Shown: positions 8,053 through 17,877, counted from the first letter of the stretch. The stretch: 32,000 nucleotides of DNA from an uncultured archaeon (GCA_964577555.1 CAZNZM010000004.1:55300-87299); one strand, 5' to 3'. Numbers and translations are program-made. Notes: generated by a model not told the origin, from the letters alone.

Positions 8053-9466
8053 TTCTAAAACTTGAAACTATTTTTTGCACGCCAGAACCATACTGCATTG
8101 CCTTTTTAGGTTTATTACAAATCTCTTTAGGCAAACCAAGAGACAAAGCAAGGCGCCTAACAGGATGCTTCCTAACCTTGTCATGAAAAGACAAAATTTT
8201 TTCATTTACTGGAAAAGCCATTGCCTCACGAAAAAAAGCAGGAAACATAAAAGGAACCCTCAACTCCAAAGATTGAGAAGCAATAATGACATCATCCCTG
8301 TAAAAATTTCGGGACCACATCCTTGAAACAGAAAACCACAATTCATCCTCAACAGCACCAAAACCACCTTGCTTCAAAACATTAGCATAATTATTATAAC
8401 CACAAAAAATTTCATCACTGCCTTGACCGGAAAAAACAACTTTAAAACCAGATTTTGAAATAGCTTGGGCACAAGCAAGCCCAGGCACAGCCAAACCCAA
8501 TTGCATTTCATCAAAAAAAGAAAGAATCTTCATGCTACGAAAAGCCAAATCAACCACATCACTCTCTGAAAGAATCACTTTTTCAAGATTAAGCCCCAAA
8601 ATTTTTGCAGACCTTTCAGCATTTTTAACATCAAAACTATTCTTCAAACCAGCAACAAAAAGAGTTGTTTCAGGAACCCTCTTAGAAACTTCCATTGCAA
8701 TCAAAGAAGAATCAACACCACCACTAAAAAGAACAGCAGCCTTCTTCAACCCAGCGCATTGCAAATCCATTGCACGACAAAAACCCTGCTTCAAAGCCCA
8801 AAAAGAATAATTTTTTGGAACCAAAGAACGAAAATCATCCAGAGTAAAAACCGACTTATCAACAATCCCATTTTCCGAAATTTCAATAAAATGACCAGGC
8901 AAAAGAGGCCTAGGAAATTGAATACCAATCTTCATCAGAGCAGAAGGCTCAGAAGCAAAAGCAAAAACCGAATCATTCTCGCCAAACCACAAAGGCTTGA
9001 GGCCGAGAAAATCGCGAAAAGCATAAAGCTTGCCATTATAAAGCATGCCAACAGCATACTCGCCTTCAGCCTTTAAAAAAAAATCCTTTAACGAATCTTC
9101 AATACTTTTATTTTCAAGAGAATGAAAAATAAACTTTGCAACAACCTCAGAATCAGAAACAACCTTGCCTGGAAAAGGATCTATTTCTTTATAATTATAA
9201 ATCTGCCCGTTATGAGCAATAAAAACATCACCACACGAAAGAGGCTGAACACCATAACCAGTAGTGGAAAGCAAACAATGCCCTAAAACAACACTACTTT
9301 TAGGCAAAGGAAACAAACCCTTAAACGAATTGGACTTTTTTTCAAAAACAGGCGACTTTAAGCCAAAAGCTTGGGGCCCCCTGTGAGAAAGGCTGGATAA
9401 AAGAACAAAAGCCTCATGAGAAACATCCGCGCCGCGCTTAGAAAAAACACCAACAACTGAACACAT
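8039..9466 (-). CDS. asnB: Asparagine synthase (glutamine-hydrolysing)
   Basis: Starts MCSVVGVFSKRG (Cys2 nucleophile of the glutaminase domain). SHRGPQAFG, LFSGGVDSSL (PP-loop) and VVFSGQGSDEIFCGY are present. Confidence 0.88.
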   Translation of the reverse strand: MCSVVGVFSKRGADVSHEAFVLLSSLSHRGPQAFGLKSPVFEKKSNSFKGLFPLPKSSVVLGHCLLSTTGYGVQPLSCGDVFIAHNGQIYNYKEIDPFPGKVVSDSEVVAKFIFHSLENKSIEDSLKDFFLKAEGEYAVGMLYNGKLYAFRDFLGLKPLWFGENDSVFAFASEPSALMKIGIQFPRPLLPGHFIEISENGIVDKSVFTLDDFRSLVPKNYSFWALKQGFCRAMDLQCAGLKKAAVLFSGGVDSSLIAMEVSKRVPETTLFVAGLKNSFDVKNAERSAKILGLNLEKVILSESDVVDLAFRSMKILSFFDEMQLGLAVPGLACAQAISKSGFKVVFSGQGSDEIFCGYNNYANVLKQGGFGAVEDELWFSVSRMWSRNFYRDDVIIASQSLELRVPFMFPAFFREAMAFPVNEKILSFHDKVRKHPVRRLALSLGLPKEICNKPKKAMQYGSGVQKIVSSFRIKGN

Positions 9467-9488
9467 ATAAAAAACAACCAAAGAAAAA

Positions 9489-9496
9489 TTTAAATC
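9489..9496 (-). promoter_or_regulatory. Candidate TATA box for asnB
   Basis: ATTTAAAT 23-30 nt upstream of the start codon at 9466. Confidence 0.35.
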
Positions 9497-9528
9497 ACAT
9501 GACAACAAAAAAAATTATATAAAAAAAA

Positions 9529-9600
9529 TGGCTCACAAAAACAAACAAAACCTAATTAAAAAAAACAAAAACTTGGCTAGCAAAAAAATAATTAGTTAAA
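9529..9600. repeat. Intergenic A-rich repeat motif, two copies (ATGGCTCACAAAAACAAAC; ACTTGGCTAGCAAAAAAATAATTAG)
   Basis: Direct sequence match to the dispersed motif seen in other intergenic regions. Confidence 0.55.
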
Positions 9601-9715
9601 TTCAAAACAAAAAAAACTACAAAAAAAATTCTTTAAAAATAGTTTCTTTTATCTTAAGCCAGAAAACTAAAAAAAACAAAATATTATTAATCAGAACTTA
9701 TTTTACTATATAACT

Positions 9716-11254
9716 ATGAAAATAGAAAATTTAAACAAATACATTCTAATCGCAACAGTTCTTTGCATAGGCATAATATCAATTTTTGCAATAAACATTA
9801 TAAACCAAAAAGAAGAAACAATTCTTGTAAACAAACCAAATTATAATATCAAAGAAGTATCATACAAAGTTACAGTAGGAAAACCTGAACAAGCACTAAT
9901 GCAAGAAACCAAAGAAAACACGGAAAAATTATCAAACGAACTCACAATATACAACCAAGACCTTGCACTGGTCAAAGACATTAGAAAAATAAATTTGAAA
10001 AAAGGGATTAACCTTATTGAATTCAAAGACACACCAGCAAAAATAGATCCAACAAGCGTACTTTTCAAAGATTTAACATACCCTGACACCGAAATTATAG
10101 AACAAAAATACGAATATGACCTAATAGATTCTTCAAAACTGCTTGAAAAATACATAGACAAACAAATCACAGTACAAGTCAACGAAGGACAAACAACAAA
10201 AGAATACACGGGAAAACTACTTGCAGGAAGCAAATTTGGAGCAATAGTACTTGAAACAAAAGACGGAATAATAACCTTAAACACATACTCAAAAATAACA
10301 TACCCAGAACTACCAGAAGGCCTAATCACAAAACCAACACTAATATGGAAAGCATATGCACAAAACGAAGGAGAAAGAAACACGGAAACAATCTACCTTA
10401 CAAGCGGACTTAATTGGAGAGCAGACTACATAGCAATAGTTAACAATGAAGACACAAAATTGGACTTCGCAGGTTGGGCAACAATAAACAACACGTCAGG
10501 TACAAGCTACCAAGACACTACACTTAAACTGGTTGCAGGCGAAATAAACAAAGTAAAAGAAACATATCCAACAATAAGAGAAAATATTTATGCAACAGCA
10601 ACCCAAAAAAGCGATTCACAATTTTTAAACGAAAAACTCTTTGAATACTATTTATACACTTTGGATAAAAAAACAGACATAGGCAATAATGAAACAAAAC
10701 AAATATCACTGCTCAACTCAAATAATGTCACCGTAAAAAAAGAATTTGTATACGACTCTTCAAGTTATTATTACAACTATTATTACAATAAAAACAATAA
10801 CAAAAAACAAGTCGAAGTAAAACTCAACATGAAAAACACAAAAACACAAGGACTTGGAATGCCAATGCCAAAAGGCATAGTCAGAGTTTATAAAAAAGAT
10901 TCAACAGGAAAACTCCAATTCATAGGAGAAGACCAAATAGACCACACCAAAACAGAAGACGAAATAGAACTTACAATAGGAAAAGCATTTGACGTATCAG
11001 GACAAAAAATACAAGAAAATATAGAAGAAACAAAAAATACGAGAAGTGAAAGCTACAAAATAACACTTGAAAACCAAAAAGACCAAGAAATAACAGTCAA
11101 AGTAAAAGAACACGCATACCCGTTTAATTGGACAATAATAAAAACTTCAATGCCGTTTGAAAAGAAAAGCTCAACAGAATTCAATTACTACGTAAAAGTC
11201 CCAGCAAAAGGAACGGCAGAAATCACATACACAATAGAATACAGAAACTACTGA
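9716..11254 (+). CDS. Membrane-anchored DUF4139-like protein
   Basis: N-terminal TM, then ELTIYNQDLALVKDIRKINLKKGINLIEFKDTPAKIDPTSV..., YLTSGLNWRADYIAIV, ...SYKITLENQKDQEITVKVKEH and C-terminal PAKGTAEITYTIEY, as in DUF4139 proteins. Confidence 0.7.
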   Translation: MKIENLNKYILIATVLCIGIISIFAINIINQKEETILVNKPNYNIKEVSYKVTVGKPEQALMQETKENTEKLSNELTIYNQDLALVKDIRKINLKKGINLIEFKDTPAKIDPTSVLFKDLTYPDTEIIEQKYEYDLIDSSKLLEKYIDKQITVQVNEGQTTKEYTGKLLAGSKFGAIVLETKDGIITLNTYSKITYPELPEGLITKPTLIWKAYAQNEGERNTETIYLTSGLNWRADYIAIVNNEDTKLDFAGWATINNTSGTSYQDTTLKLVAGEINKVKETYPTIRENIYATATQKSDSQFLNEKLFEYYLYTLDKKTDIGNNETKQISLLNSNNVTVKKEFVYDSSSYYYNYYYNKNNNKKQVEVKLNMKNTKTQGLGMPMPKGIVRVYKKDSTGKLQFIGEDQIDHTKTEDEIELTIGKAFDVSGQKIQENIEETKNTRSESYKITLENQKDQEITVKVKEHAYPFNWTIIKTSMPFEKKSSTEFNYYVKVPAKGTAEITYTIEYRNY

Positions 11255-11305
11255 CAAACCAAAAAAGCAAAAAAGTGTTCTATACAAAAAATGCAAAATA
11301 AAACA

Positions 11306-13084
11306 TCAATCAACCAAATAATAATACTCCCCTTTGCTTTTCTGCTCCTGATCAAGCTGGGAACCAAATTTATTAACACGCGGCCTACCTGTTTCCGGAT
11401 CACGCCTAAAAGTTATCTGCATATGCTTAAGAAAATGATTCATGCCATCATGCATAGACATTGGAGCACTAGCAACACCATGTACAGAAGGCAAACCCTC
11501 AAACACCACCAACCTGTCAGAAACATAATCCTGAAAAAGAATATCATGATCAACAACCACAACAATCTTCTTTTTCAAATCAGCAACAGAACGAACAGCA
11601 CGAGCAATATTAAGCCTATCTTCAACATCAACAAAAGCAGTCGGCTCATCAAGCAAAATCATATCACAATTATTTCTGCTAAGAGCAACACCAACAGCAA
11701 CTTTTTGTAATTCACCACCACTCAAATCTGACATCAAATTATTTTGCAAATCATTTATGCCTAAACGCCTATCAACCTCATTCATAAAAACATGCATATC
11801 CAAATTCTGCGAAGAAATAAAATCGCCAACAGAAAGACCTTCAGGAGCAACAAGATACTGAGGCTTATAAGAAACACCGAGCTTTAACTCCACCGAACCT
11901 ATATCAGGTTTTTCAACACCCGCAAGCATTTTAACAAAAGTGGTTTTCCCAATACCATTAGGACCAAGAACACCAAGAACTTCAGCCTCGCGCAACTCTC
12001 CTGGCTTTACCTCAAGCTTAAAACCGCTAAAAGATTTCTTCATTTCCATGTATTCAACAATAATTTTCTTTTTCTTATAATCTGAAGAGGGCCTGACTTC
12101 AAACTTAAGCTCTTCACTCCTAAACCTGACATTCTCATCCTTTATATAACCAACAAGAAATTCATTTATGCCATTCCTAACAGTTTTAGGGTTTGAAACA
12201 ATCCCATAAACGGACTTTTTCCCATACAATACATGAACATAATCGCTCAAATAATCCAAAACGGCAAGGTCATGCTCAATAACCATCACCGGCTTGCCCA
12301 AAGAAGCAAGAGAACGCAAAGCCCTTGCAACAAAAAGACGTTCACGTACATCAAGATAAGAAGTCGGCTCGTCAAATGCATAAAAATCAGCATCCTTTAA
12401 AATAGCTGCTGCAATAGCAACCCTTTGAAGCTCGCCACCACTAAGATTAGAAACATCCCTATCAAGAATATTTGAAATATTCAAATCAGCAGCAACCTCG
12501 CCCAACTTCTTTCTCTCGTCAGCCTTTTCCAAAAGAGAAACAACAGAGCCTTTGAAAACATTAGGAATATTAGTAATATTTTGAGGCTTATAAGAAACCT
12601 TCAAAGACTTAGAAGCCAAAAAACTAAAATGAGCCAACATTTCACTGCCGCGAAAATACTTCAAAACCCTGTCAAAATCCGGCTCTGATTCAAAATCACC
12701 CAAATTAGGAACCAAAAAACCAGAAAGAATCTTCAAAATAGAAGATTTGCCAATCCCATTCCTGCCAACAAGCCCGACAACCTCGCCCTTTCTTATGACA
12801 GGCAACCTATAAACCCTAAAAGAATTCTTTCCAAACCTATGAATAGGCGGCTCTTTAAGCTCCTGAACAAGATTCTCAATATAAATACAAGAAACAGGAC
12901 ATTTTTGCACACAAATATTACAACCTATGCAAAGCTCCTCAGAAATAACAGGCAAATTAGAAACACCATCAAGAATTATGCACTCCTTCCCAGCCCTATT
13001 AACAGGACAAACATCACCACAAATAAAACTACACCCATTACCATTAATGCACTTTTCAGATTCCAAAACAGCCACACGAACCAT
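11306..13084 (-). CDS. Ribosome recycling ATPase ABCE1/RLI
   Basis: N-terminal 4Fe-4S region (MVRVAVLESEKC...NGCSFICGDVCPVNRAGKEC..., CIGCNICVQKCP), two ABC cassettes (GRNGIGKSSILKIL, LSGGELQRVAIA, GPNGIGKTTFVKML, LSGGELQKVAVG). Start at 13084 preferred. Confidence 0.95.
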   Translation of the reverse strand: MVRVAVLESEKCINGNGCSFICGDVCPVNRAGKECIILDGVSNLPVISEELCIGCNICVQKCPVSCIYIENLVQELKEPPIHRFGKNSFRVYRLPVIRKGEVVGLVGRNGIGKSSILKILSGFLVPNLGDFESEPDFDRVLKYFRGSEMLAHFSFLASKSLKVSYKPQNITNIPNVFKGSVVSLLEKADERKKLGEVAADLNISNILDRDVSNLSGGELQRVAIAAAILKDADFYAFDEPTSYLDVRERLFVARALRSLASLGKPVMVIEHDLAVLDYLSDYVHVLYGKKSVYGIVSNPKTVRNGINEFLVGYIKDENVRFRSEELKFEVRPSSDYKKKKIIVEYMEMKKSFSGFKLEVKPGELREAEVLGVLGPNGIGKTTFVKMLAGVEKPDIGSVELKLGVSYKPQYLVAPEGLSVGDFISSQNLDMHVFMNEVDRRLGINDLQNNLMSDLSGGELQKVAVGVALSRNNCDMILLDEPTAFVDVEDRLNIARAVRSVADLKKKIVVVVDHDILFQDYVSDRLVVFEGLPSVHGVASAPMSMHDGMNHFLKHMQITFRRDPETGRPRVNKFGSQLDQEQKSKGEYYYLVD

Positions 13085-13179
13085 GCAATAACCAACGAAA
13101 AAAGATTTTAAAAAACTGAACACTTGACAAATAAACAAAAAAATTTATAATTTAAAACCTTTCAACAAAACCAATAATC

Positions 13180-14217
13180 ATGAAAATACTCAAAATAGAC
13201 AAAAAAGAAAACTACATACAAATAATTCCTGAATCATTCGACGACTTGTGGCACATAGAAAAAATAATAGAAAAAGGAGACAAAGTCAGCGGAGAAACAG
13301 AAAGAAAAATAAAACCAAAAAACGAAGGAGAAAAAACATTCAAACAAAAAATATTCGTAGAAATAGAAACAGAAAAAACCCAATTCCACGAAACAACAGG
13401 AGAACTAAGAATACTTGGCAAAGTAATTTCCGCAAAACCAGAAGAATCAGTACCACACGGCATGGCACACACAATAGAAGCCAAAACAGGCACAAAAATA
13501 TCAATAAAAAAGAACAAACTCAAAGAATACCAAATACAAAGACTAGAAAAAGCAAAAGAAACAACAACAAAGCAAAAACCAATAATAATACTCTTAGACG
13601 ACGAAGAAGCGGAAATAGCAACATTTAAAGACACAGGAATAGAAACAAAAGCAAAAATAAAAAACATAGAAAAACAAGGAAAAATGTTCAAAACAGAAGA
13701 CAAAACAAAATACTTTGAAGAAATATCAGAAAAAATCAATACAACAAAACCAAACTCAATAATAATAGCAGGACAATCCTTCCAAATACAAAAATTAGAA
13801 AAATACTTAAAAGAAAAAAACTACAAAGGACAAATATTCACAGAACCACTCAATTCGACAGGACACTCAGGATTCAACGAACTAATAAAAAACGGAAAAA
13901 TGGACAAACTACTTGAAGGAATACAATCCACAGAAGAAATAAAAGCACTGGAAAGACTAATGAAAGCAATAAGCAAAGAAATGGCCGCAATAGGACAAAA
14001 AGAAACACTAAACGCACTTGAAAAAGGAGCGGCAAGCGAACTAATGATATCGGAAAAATTCACAATAGAAAAAAGAGAAGAAGCAAACCAACTTCTGGAA
14101 ATGGCGGAACAAACCAAAACAAAAATACAATTCTTTTCGCCAAAAAGCCAAGCAGGAAAAACTATTGAAGGATTTGGCGGAACAGCAGCAATACTAAGAT
14201 ACAAAGAAAAATACTAA
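13180..14217 (+). CDS. pelA: Pelota (Dom34) mRNA surveillance/ribosome rescue factor
   Basis: N-terminal ESFDDLWHIEKIIEKGDKVSGETERKI; C-terminal SELMISEKF...FFSPKSQAGKTIEGFGGTAAILRYK, typical of archaeal Pelota. Confidence 0.9.
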   Translation: MKILKIDKKENYIQIIPESFDDLWHIEKIIEKGDKVSGETERKIKPKNEGEKTFKQKIFVEIETEKTQFHETTGELRILGKVISAKPEESVPHGMAHTIEAKTGTKISIKKNKLKEYQIQRLEKAKETTTKQKPIIILLDDEEAEIATFKDTGIETKAKIKNIEKQGKMFKTEDKTKYFEEISEKINTTKPNSIIIAGQSFQIQKLEKYLKEKNYKGQIFTEPLNSTGHSGFNELIKNGKMDKLLEGIQSTEEIKALERLMKAISKEMAAIGQKETLNALEKGAASELMISEKFTIEKREEANQLLEMAEQTKTKIQFFSPKSQAGKTIEGFGGTAAILRYKEKY

Positions 14218-14218
14218 A

Positions 14219-14584
14219 TCACCTAATCCTGAATTCAAACCACTCCACCTTCTTATGCTCAACCAAATCCTTAATCAACTTCTGCTTTGAAGAAAGCTGG
14301 CCAGAACCGGATTTAAACTCTACAAAAATAATTTTATCATCCTCAAAAACAATCCCGTCAACAGGATTGCCCAAAAACCTGAAATTTTCAGGATTAAAAG
14401 GAAAATCCTTTACAAAAGGAATAAAATTCTCAGACATCTTCCCATACTTCACAGACTGAGAAAACTTAGAAAACTCCAAATCACGCAAAGCAGATTCAAG
14501 AACAAAAACCCTTTTCAAAAGAAAAAAAACCAAAACAACAAGCACAACCAAAGCCAAAAAAAGAACAACCAAAACCAAATCCAT
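14219..14584 (-). CDS. Membrane-anchored Holliday-junction-resolvase-like (PD-(D/E)XK) protein
   Basis: N-terminal TM helix, then GNPVDGIVFEDDKIIFVEFKSGSGQLSSKQKLIKDLVEHKKVEWFEFR: D...ExK nuclease-like motif. Confidence 0.6.
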   Translation of the reverse strand: MDLVLVVLFLALVVLVVLVFFLLKRVFVLESALRDLEFSKFSQSVKYGKMSENFIPFVKDFPFNPENFRFLGNPVDGIVFEDDKIIFVEFKSGSGQLSSKQKLIKDLVEHKKVEWFEFRIR

Positions 14585-14647
14585 AAAATAAAAAACAAAA
14601 AAAACAAATTAAAACAATATGTCAAACAACCAAAAACAAAATAATAA

Positions 14648-14995
14648 TCAATAATACTTTATTCCATTGGCTGTAAGAGTAACAATCTTAAAATTGGAAC
14701 CCTTCTCCCTCAAAGCAGCCAAAACAGCCATATGCTCCTTTCCTGAACCAGAAGCCAAAGAAACAGCAATTTCACCCTCAGGCAATCTGGCTTTAATCTC
14801 ATCCTTAAGAGCCTCAAAACCAATCAAATTATTCAACAAAATCCATTCACACTCTTTAACAGGCTTGAAATTATTTTTACCCCACTCATTAGAAATAAGC
14901 AAAATCTTGTCATACTGGCCCTCATTTATCAACCTTGAAACATGACCCCAAGTACCCTTGCCAACACCCAACACGCCTAAAAAAGACATAGACAT
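14648..14995 (-). CDS. Small CARF-like/Rossmann-fold protein
   Basis: MSMSFLGVLGVGKGTWGHVSRLINEGQYDKILLISNEWG...IAVSLASGSGKEHMAVLAALREKGSNFKIVTLTANG. The arrangement resembles the CARF-fold ligand-binding core. Confidence 0.45.
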   Translation of the reverse strand: MSMSFLGVLGVGKGTWGHVSRLINEGQYDKILLISNEWGKNNFKPVKECEWILLNNLIGFEALKDEIKARLPEGEIAVSLASGSGKEHMAVLAALREKGSNFKIVTLTANGIKYY

Positions 14996-15095
14996 AAATA
15001 TCAAAAAATATACATTACAAATCATTTAAAAACAGAAACGAAAAAAAGACAAAACAATATTTTATTTTAAAAAATACTCGCCCAAAAACTAATTA

Positions 15096-16781
15096 ATGAC
15101 TAAAAACTTTTACCAAGAAATTGCAGAAGAAATAGAAAAAAGAAAAACAACCACAAAAACAGAACTTGAAAAACTAAAACTTGTGCTTGGAAAAAAATAC
15201 CACATAAAAGAATTGCCATCAGACCCAGACATACTTGCAAAAATACCCAACCCATCAAAAAAAATCAAAAAAATACTGTCAATAAAACCACTCAGAACAC
15301 TGTCAGGCGTGGCGCCAATCGCAATAATGACAAAACCGGCAAAATGCCCACACGGAACATGTATTTACTGTCCAGGCGGAATAGGAAGCCGCTTTGGAGA
15401 CGTACCACAATCATACACAGGACATGAACCTGCAACAATGAGGGCAATAAACAACTTATACGACCCATACCTGCAAACAATTGACAGAATATTCCAATAC
15501 TATGCAACAGGACACAACCCAGAAAAAATAGAATTAATCATAATGGGCGGCACTTTCCCAAGCACGCCAAAAAATTACCAAGAAGAATTTATAACAGGAG
15601 CATTCCAAGCAGCAAACACATTTTCAAAATTTTTTTTCAAAAACCAAAAACTAAACAAAAAAAAATTCTCAAAATACCTCCAACTCCAACCAAACACAAA
15701 AAAACAAAAAATTGCAGAATTAAGAAAAAACACAACATTAGAAAAAGAACACAAAACAAACGAAAACGCAAAACTAAGAATAGTGACAATGTGCATAGAA
15801 ACAAAACCTGATTGGTGCAAAGAAAAACACATAAACAAAATGCTTGAACTTGGAACAACACGAGTAGAACTCGGCGTACAAACAATATACGACGAAATAC
15901 TCAAATTTACCAACAGGGGACACACAATAAAAGACACAAAAGAAGCAACCCGACTACTTAAAGATTCAGCTCTAAAAGCAACATACCACATAATGCCTGG
16001 ACAACCACTAAGCACAAAAGAAAAAGACATTGAAATGTTCAAAGAACTCTACCAAAACCCTGATTTCAGGCCAGACGGGCTCAAAATATACCCTTGCATG
16101 ATAATGCCCGGAACAGCCCTTATGAAAATCTACCAAAAAGGCAAATTCAAACCACTAAACACAGAAGAAGCCGCTGAAATAATCGCAGAAGGAAAAAAAT
16201 TCATTCCAGAATACACAAGAATACACCGAGTACAAAGAGACATACCAACAAAATTTTCAATAGCCGGAATAGACAAAAACAATTTACGACAAATCATAAA
16301 AGAAAAATGCGAAGAAAAAGGAATAACCTGCAAATGCATAAGATGCAGAGAAGCAGGAATAAATGAAAACACGGGAATAAAACCAGAATACTCAAACGTC
16401 CAATTAATTGAAAGAAAATACAATGCAAGCAAAGGAAAAGAAATTTTCATATCATTTGAAGACACATCAAACAACATAATACTTGGATTTTGCAGACTTA
16501 GAAAACCATACAAACCATTTAGACAAGAATTTACAGAAAATACTGCATGCATAAGAGAACTGCACGTATTCGGCAGAGCCTTAGAAATAGGAAAAAAAAA
16601 CACAACAGGACAACAACACAAAGGATTTGGAAAAATGCTAATGCAAAGAGCTGAAGAAATAGCAAAACAAGAATTCGGGTGTGACAAAATGCTTGTAATA
16701 AGCGGCATAGGAGCAAGAGAATACTACAAAAAAAAATTAGGATACGAACAAGAAGGTGTCTACATGTCAAAAAAAATATGA
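15096..16781 (+). CDS. elp3: tRNA U34 carboxymethyltransferase Elp3 (radical SAM + GNAT)
   Basis: CPHGTCIYCPGGIGSRFGDVPQSYTGHEPA, ELGVQTIYDEIL, C-terminal acetyltransferase region QQHKGFGKMLMQRAEEIA...YYKKKLGYEQEGVYMSK. Confidence 0.95.
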   Translation: MTKNFYQEIAEEIEKRKTTTKTELEKLKLVLGKKYHIKELPSDPDILAKIPNPSKKIKKILSIKPLRTLSGVAPIAIMTKPAKCPHGTCIYCPGGIGSRFGDVPQSYTGHEPATMRAINNLYDPYLQTIDRIFQYYATGHNPEKIELIIMGGTFPSTPKNYQEEFITGAFQAANTFSKFFFKNQKLNKKKFSKYLQLQPNTKKQKIAELRKNTTLEKEHKTNENAKLRIVTMCIETKPDWCKEKHINKMLELGTTRVELGVQTIYDEILKFTNRGHTIKDTKEATRLLKDSALKATYHIMPGQPLSTKEKDIEMFKELYQNPDFRPDGLKIYPCMIMPGTALMKIYQKGKFKPLNTEEAAEIIAEGKKFIPEYTRIHRVQRDIPTKFSIAGIDKNNLRQIIKEKCEEKGITCKCIRCREAGINENTGIKPEYSNVQLIERKYNASKGKEIFISFEDTSNNIILGFCRLRKPYKPFRQEFTENTACIRELHVFGRALEIGKKNTTGQQHKGFGKMLMQRAEEIAKQEFGCDKMLVISGIGAREYYKKKLGYEQEGVYMSKKI

Positions 16782-16816
16782 AACAAAAAAGCAAATCGCG
16801 GCACGCAAAAAAAAAC

Positions 16817-16955
16817 GACTCGCCAAAACAAAAAAAACAAGCCACAAAAAAAATAAGAAAACAAAATTGGCTCGCAAAACAAATCCAAAAATAAAAAAAC
16901 AAAAAAAATCAAAAAAAAATGGCTCGCAAAAAAAAACAAATTAAAAAAAATAATT
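16817..16955. repeat. Intergenic A-rich repeat motif, three degenerate copies (CGACTCGCCAAAAC; TTGGCTCGCAAAACAAA; TGGCTCGCAAAAAAAAACAAA)
   Basis: Direct sequence comparison. Confidence 0.55.
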
Positions 16956-16990
16956 CATATTCAGCCAAACAAAAAAAGCTAAAAACAAAT

Positions 16991-17794
16991 TCACTTCATA
17001 AAAACTGAAAGCAAAGAATCAAACAATTGGAAAGGAGCCAAACCAAAAGTAAAAAATGGAAATCCGGAAAGAGGAGCAGAAAACTTGCCTCTCAAAGTAG
17101 GAGCAACTTCAATTTCAGAAGAAAAAGACTGAACAACAACACCGCTTGAAACCACCGAGCCAGACAAATAAAAAACACGCTTACCATAAGCTTGAGGCGC
17201 CACAAAAATACTTGCAGAACCAGAACTCCTTGCCTTTACAACAATCTTCTTTGCGGAAAACCAATTAGAAGGAAGATTGGCTTCAACTAAAACAGAATCA
17301 TTCGCAATAGAAGAATTAACAACTTGAACACTATATTCAACAAGCTCGCCCAACTTATATTGCTTGCCTGACGAAACCCTTGCAAACGAAACTGAAACAA
17401 GATTTTGTTTTACACCAACCTTAACATTAACAACCTCATAATCAGGCTTAACCGAACTTGAAAGCTTTACAGGAATCACATAAACATCCTCTGCCGCATT
17501 AACAGGCACTTTCAAAGTGACAGAAACCGAAGTATCAGTGGCTTGAGATGAAACAAACTCCCAATTTTGAGGCAAAACAGCCCTATCAACAGAAGCTGAA
17601 TCCCATTCAAAATCAAAACCAGAATTGTCGGAAAAAACCAAATCAAAAGTTTGCCCAGGCGAAACAAAACCAACCAATACGGAATCACCAGACTTCAAAG
17701 AAACATTTTCAGGAAACAGCAAAGTTACCTCTGCAACACAAAAAGCGGAAAACCAAAACAACAAAAAAACAACAAAAAACACATTTTTTAGCAT
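16991..17794 (-). CDS. Secreted/membrane-anchored beta-rich protein, unknown function
   Basis: Signal-peptide-like N-terminus MLKNVFFVVFLLFWFSAFCVAE, Ig/NEW3-like beta-strand-rich body, C-terminal hydrophobic tail. Start at 17794. Confidence 0.6.
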   Translation of the reverse strand: MLKNVFFVVFLLFWFSAFCVAEVTLLFPENVSLKSGDSVLVGFVSPGQTFDLVFSDNSGFDFEWDSASVDRAVLPQNWEFVSSQATDTSVSVTLKVPVNAAEDVYVIPVKLSSSVKPDYEVVNVKVGVKQNLVSVSFARVSSGKQYKLGELVEYSVQVVNSSIANDSVLVEANLPSNWFSAKKIVVKARSSGSASIFVAPQAYGKRVFYLSGSVVSSGVVVQSFSSEIEVAPTLRGKFSAPLSGFPFFTFGLAPFQLFDSLLSVFMK

Positions 17795-17877
17795 AATAAC
17801 CAATTTATTAATAAAACAGAAAAATAATAAAACAATTGCTTTAAAAAAAATGACGAAACACGGCAAAGAGGCATTAA

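Noticed and set aside
8039-9466. asnB as part of a lasso-peptide or surface-polysaccharide biosynthesis cluster
   Set aside because: No precursor peptide, protease or glycosyltransferase neighbours. Flanking genes are pilin-like and DUF4139-like, so standalone asparagine synthase is the simpler reading.
11291-11710. 139-aa + strand ORF at the 3' end of the RLI gene
   Set aside because: Antisense to ABCE1 second ABC domain. His/Asn/Thr-rich artefact.
13212-14204. Antisense ORFs of 175 and 127 aa within pelA
   Set aside because: Artefacts of the strand composition. Pelota on the + strand has clear family motifs.
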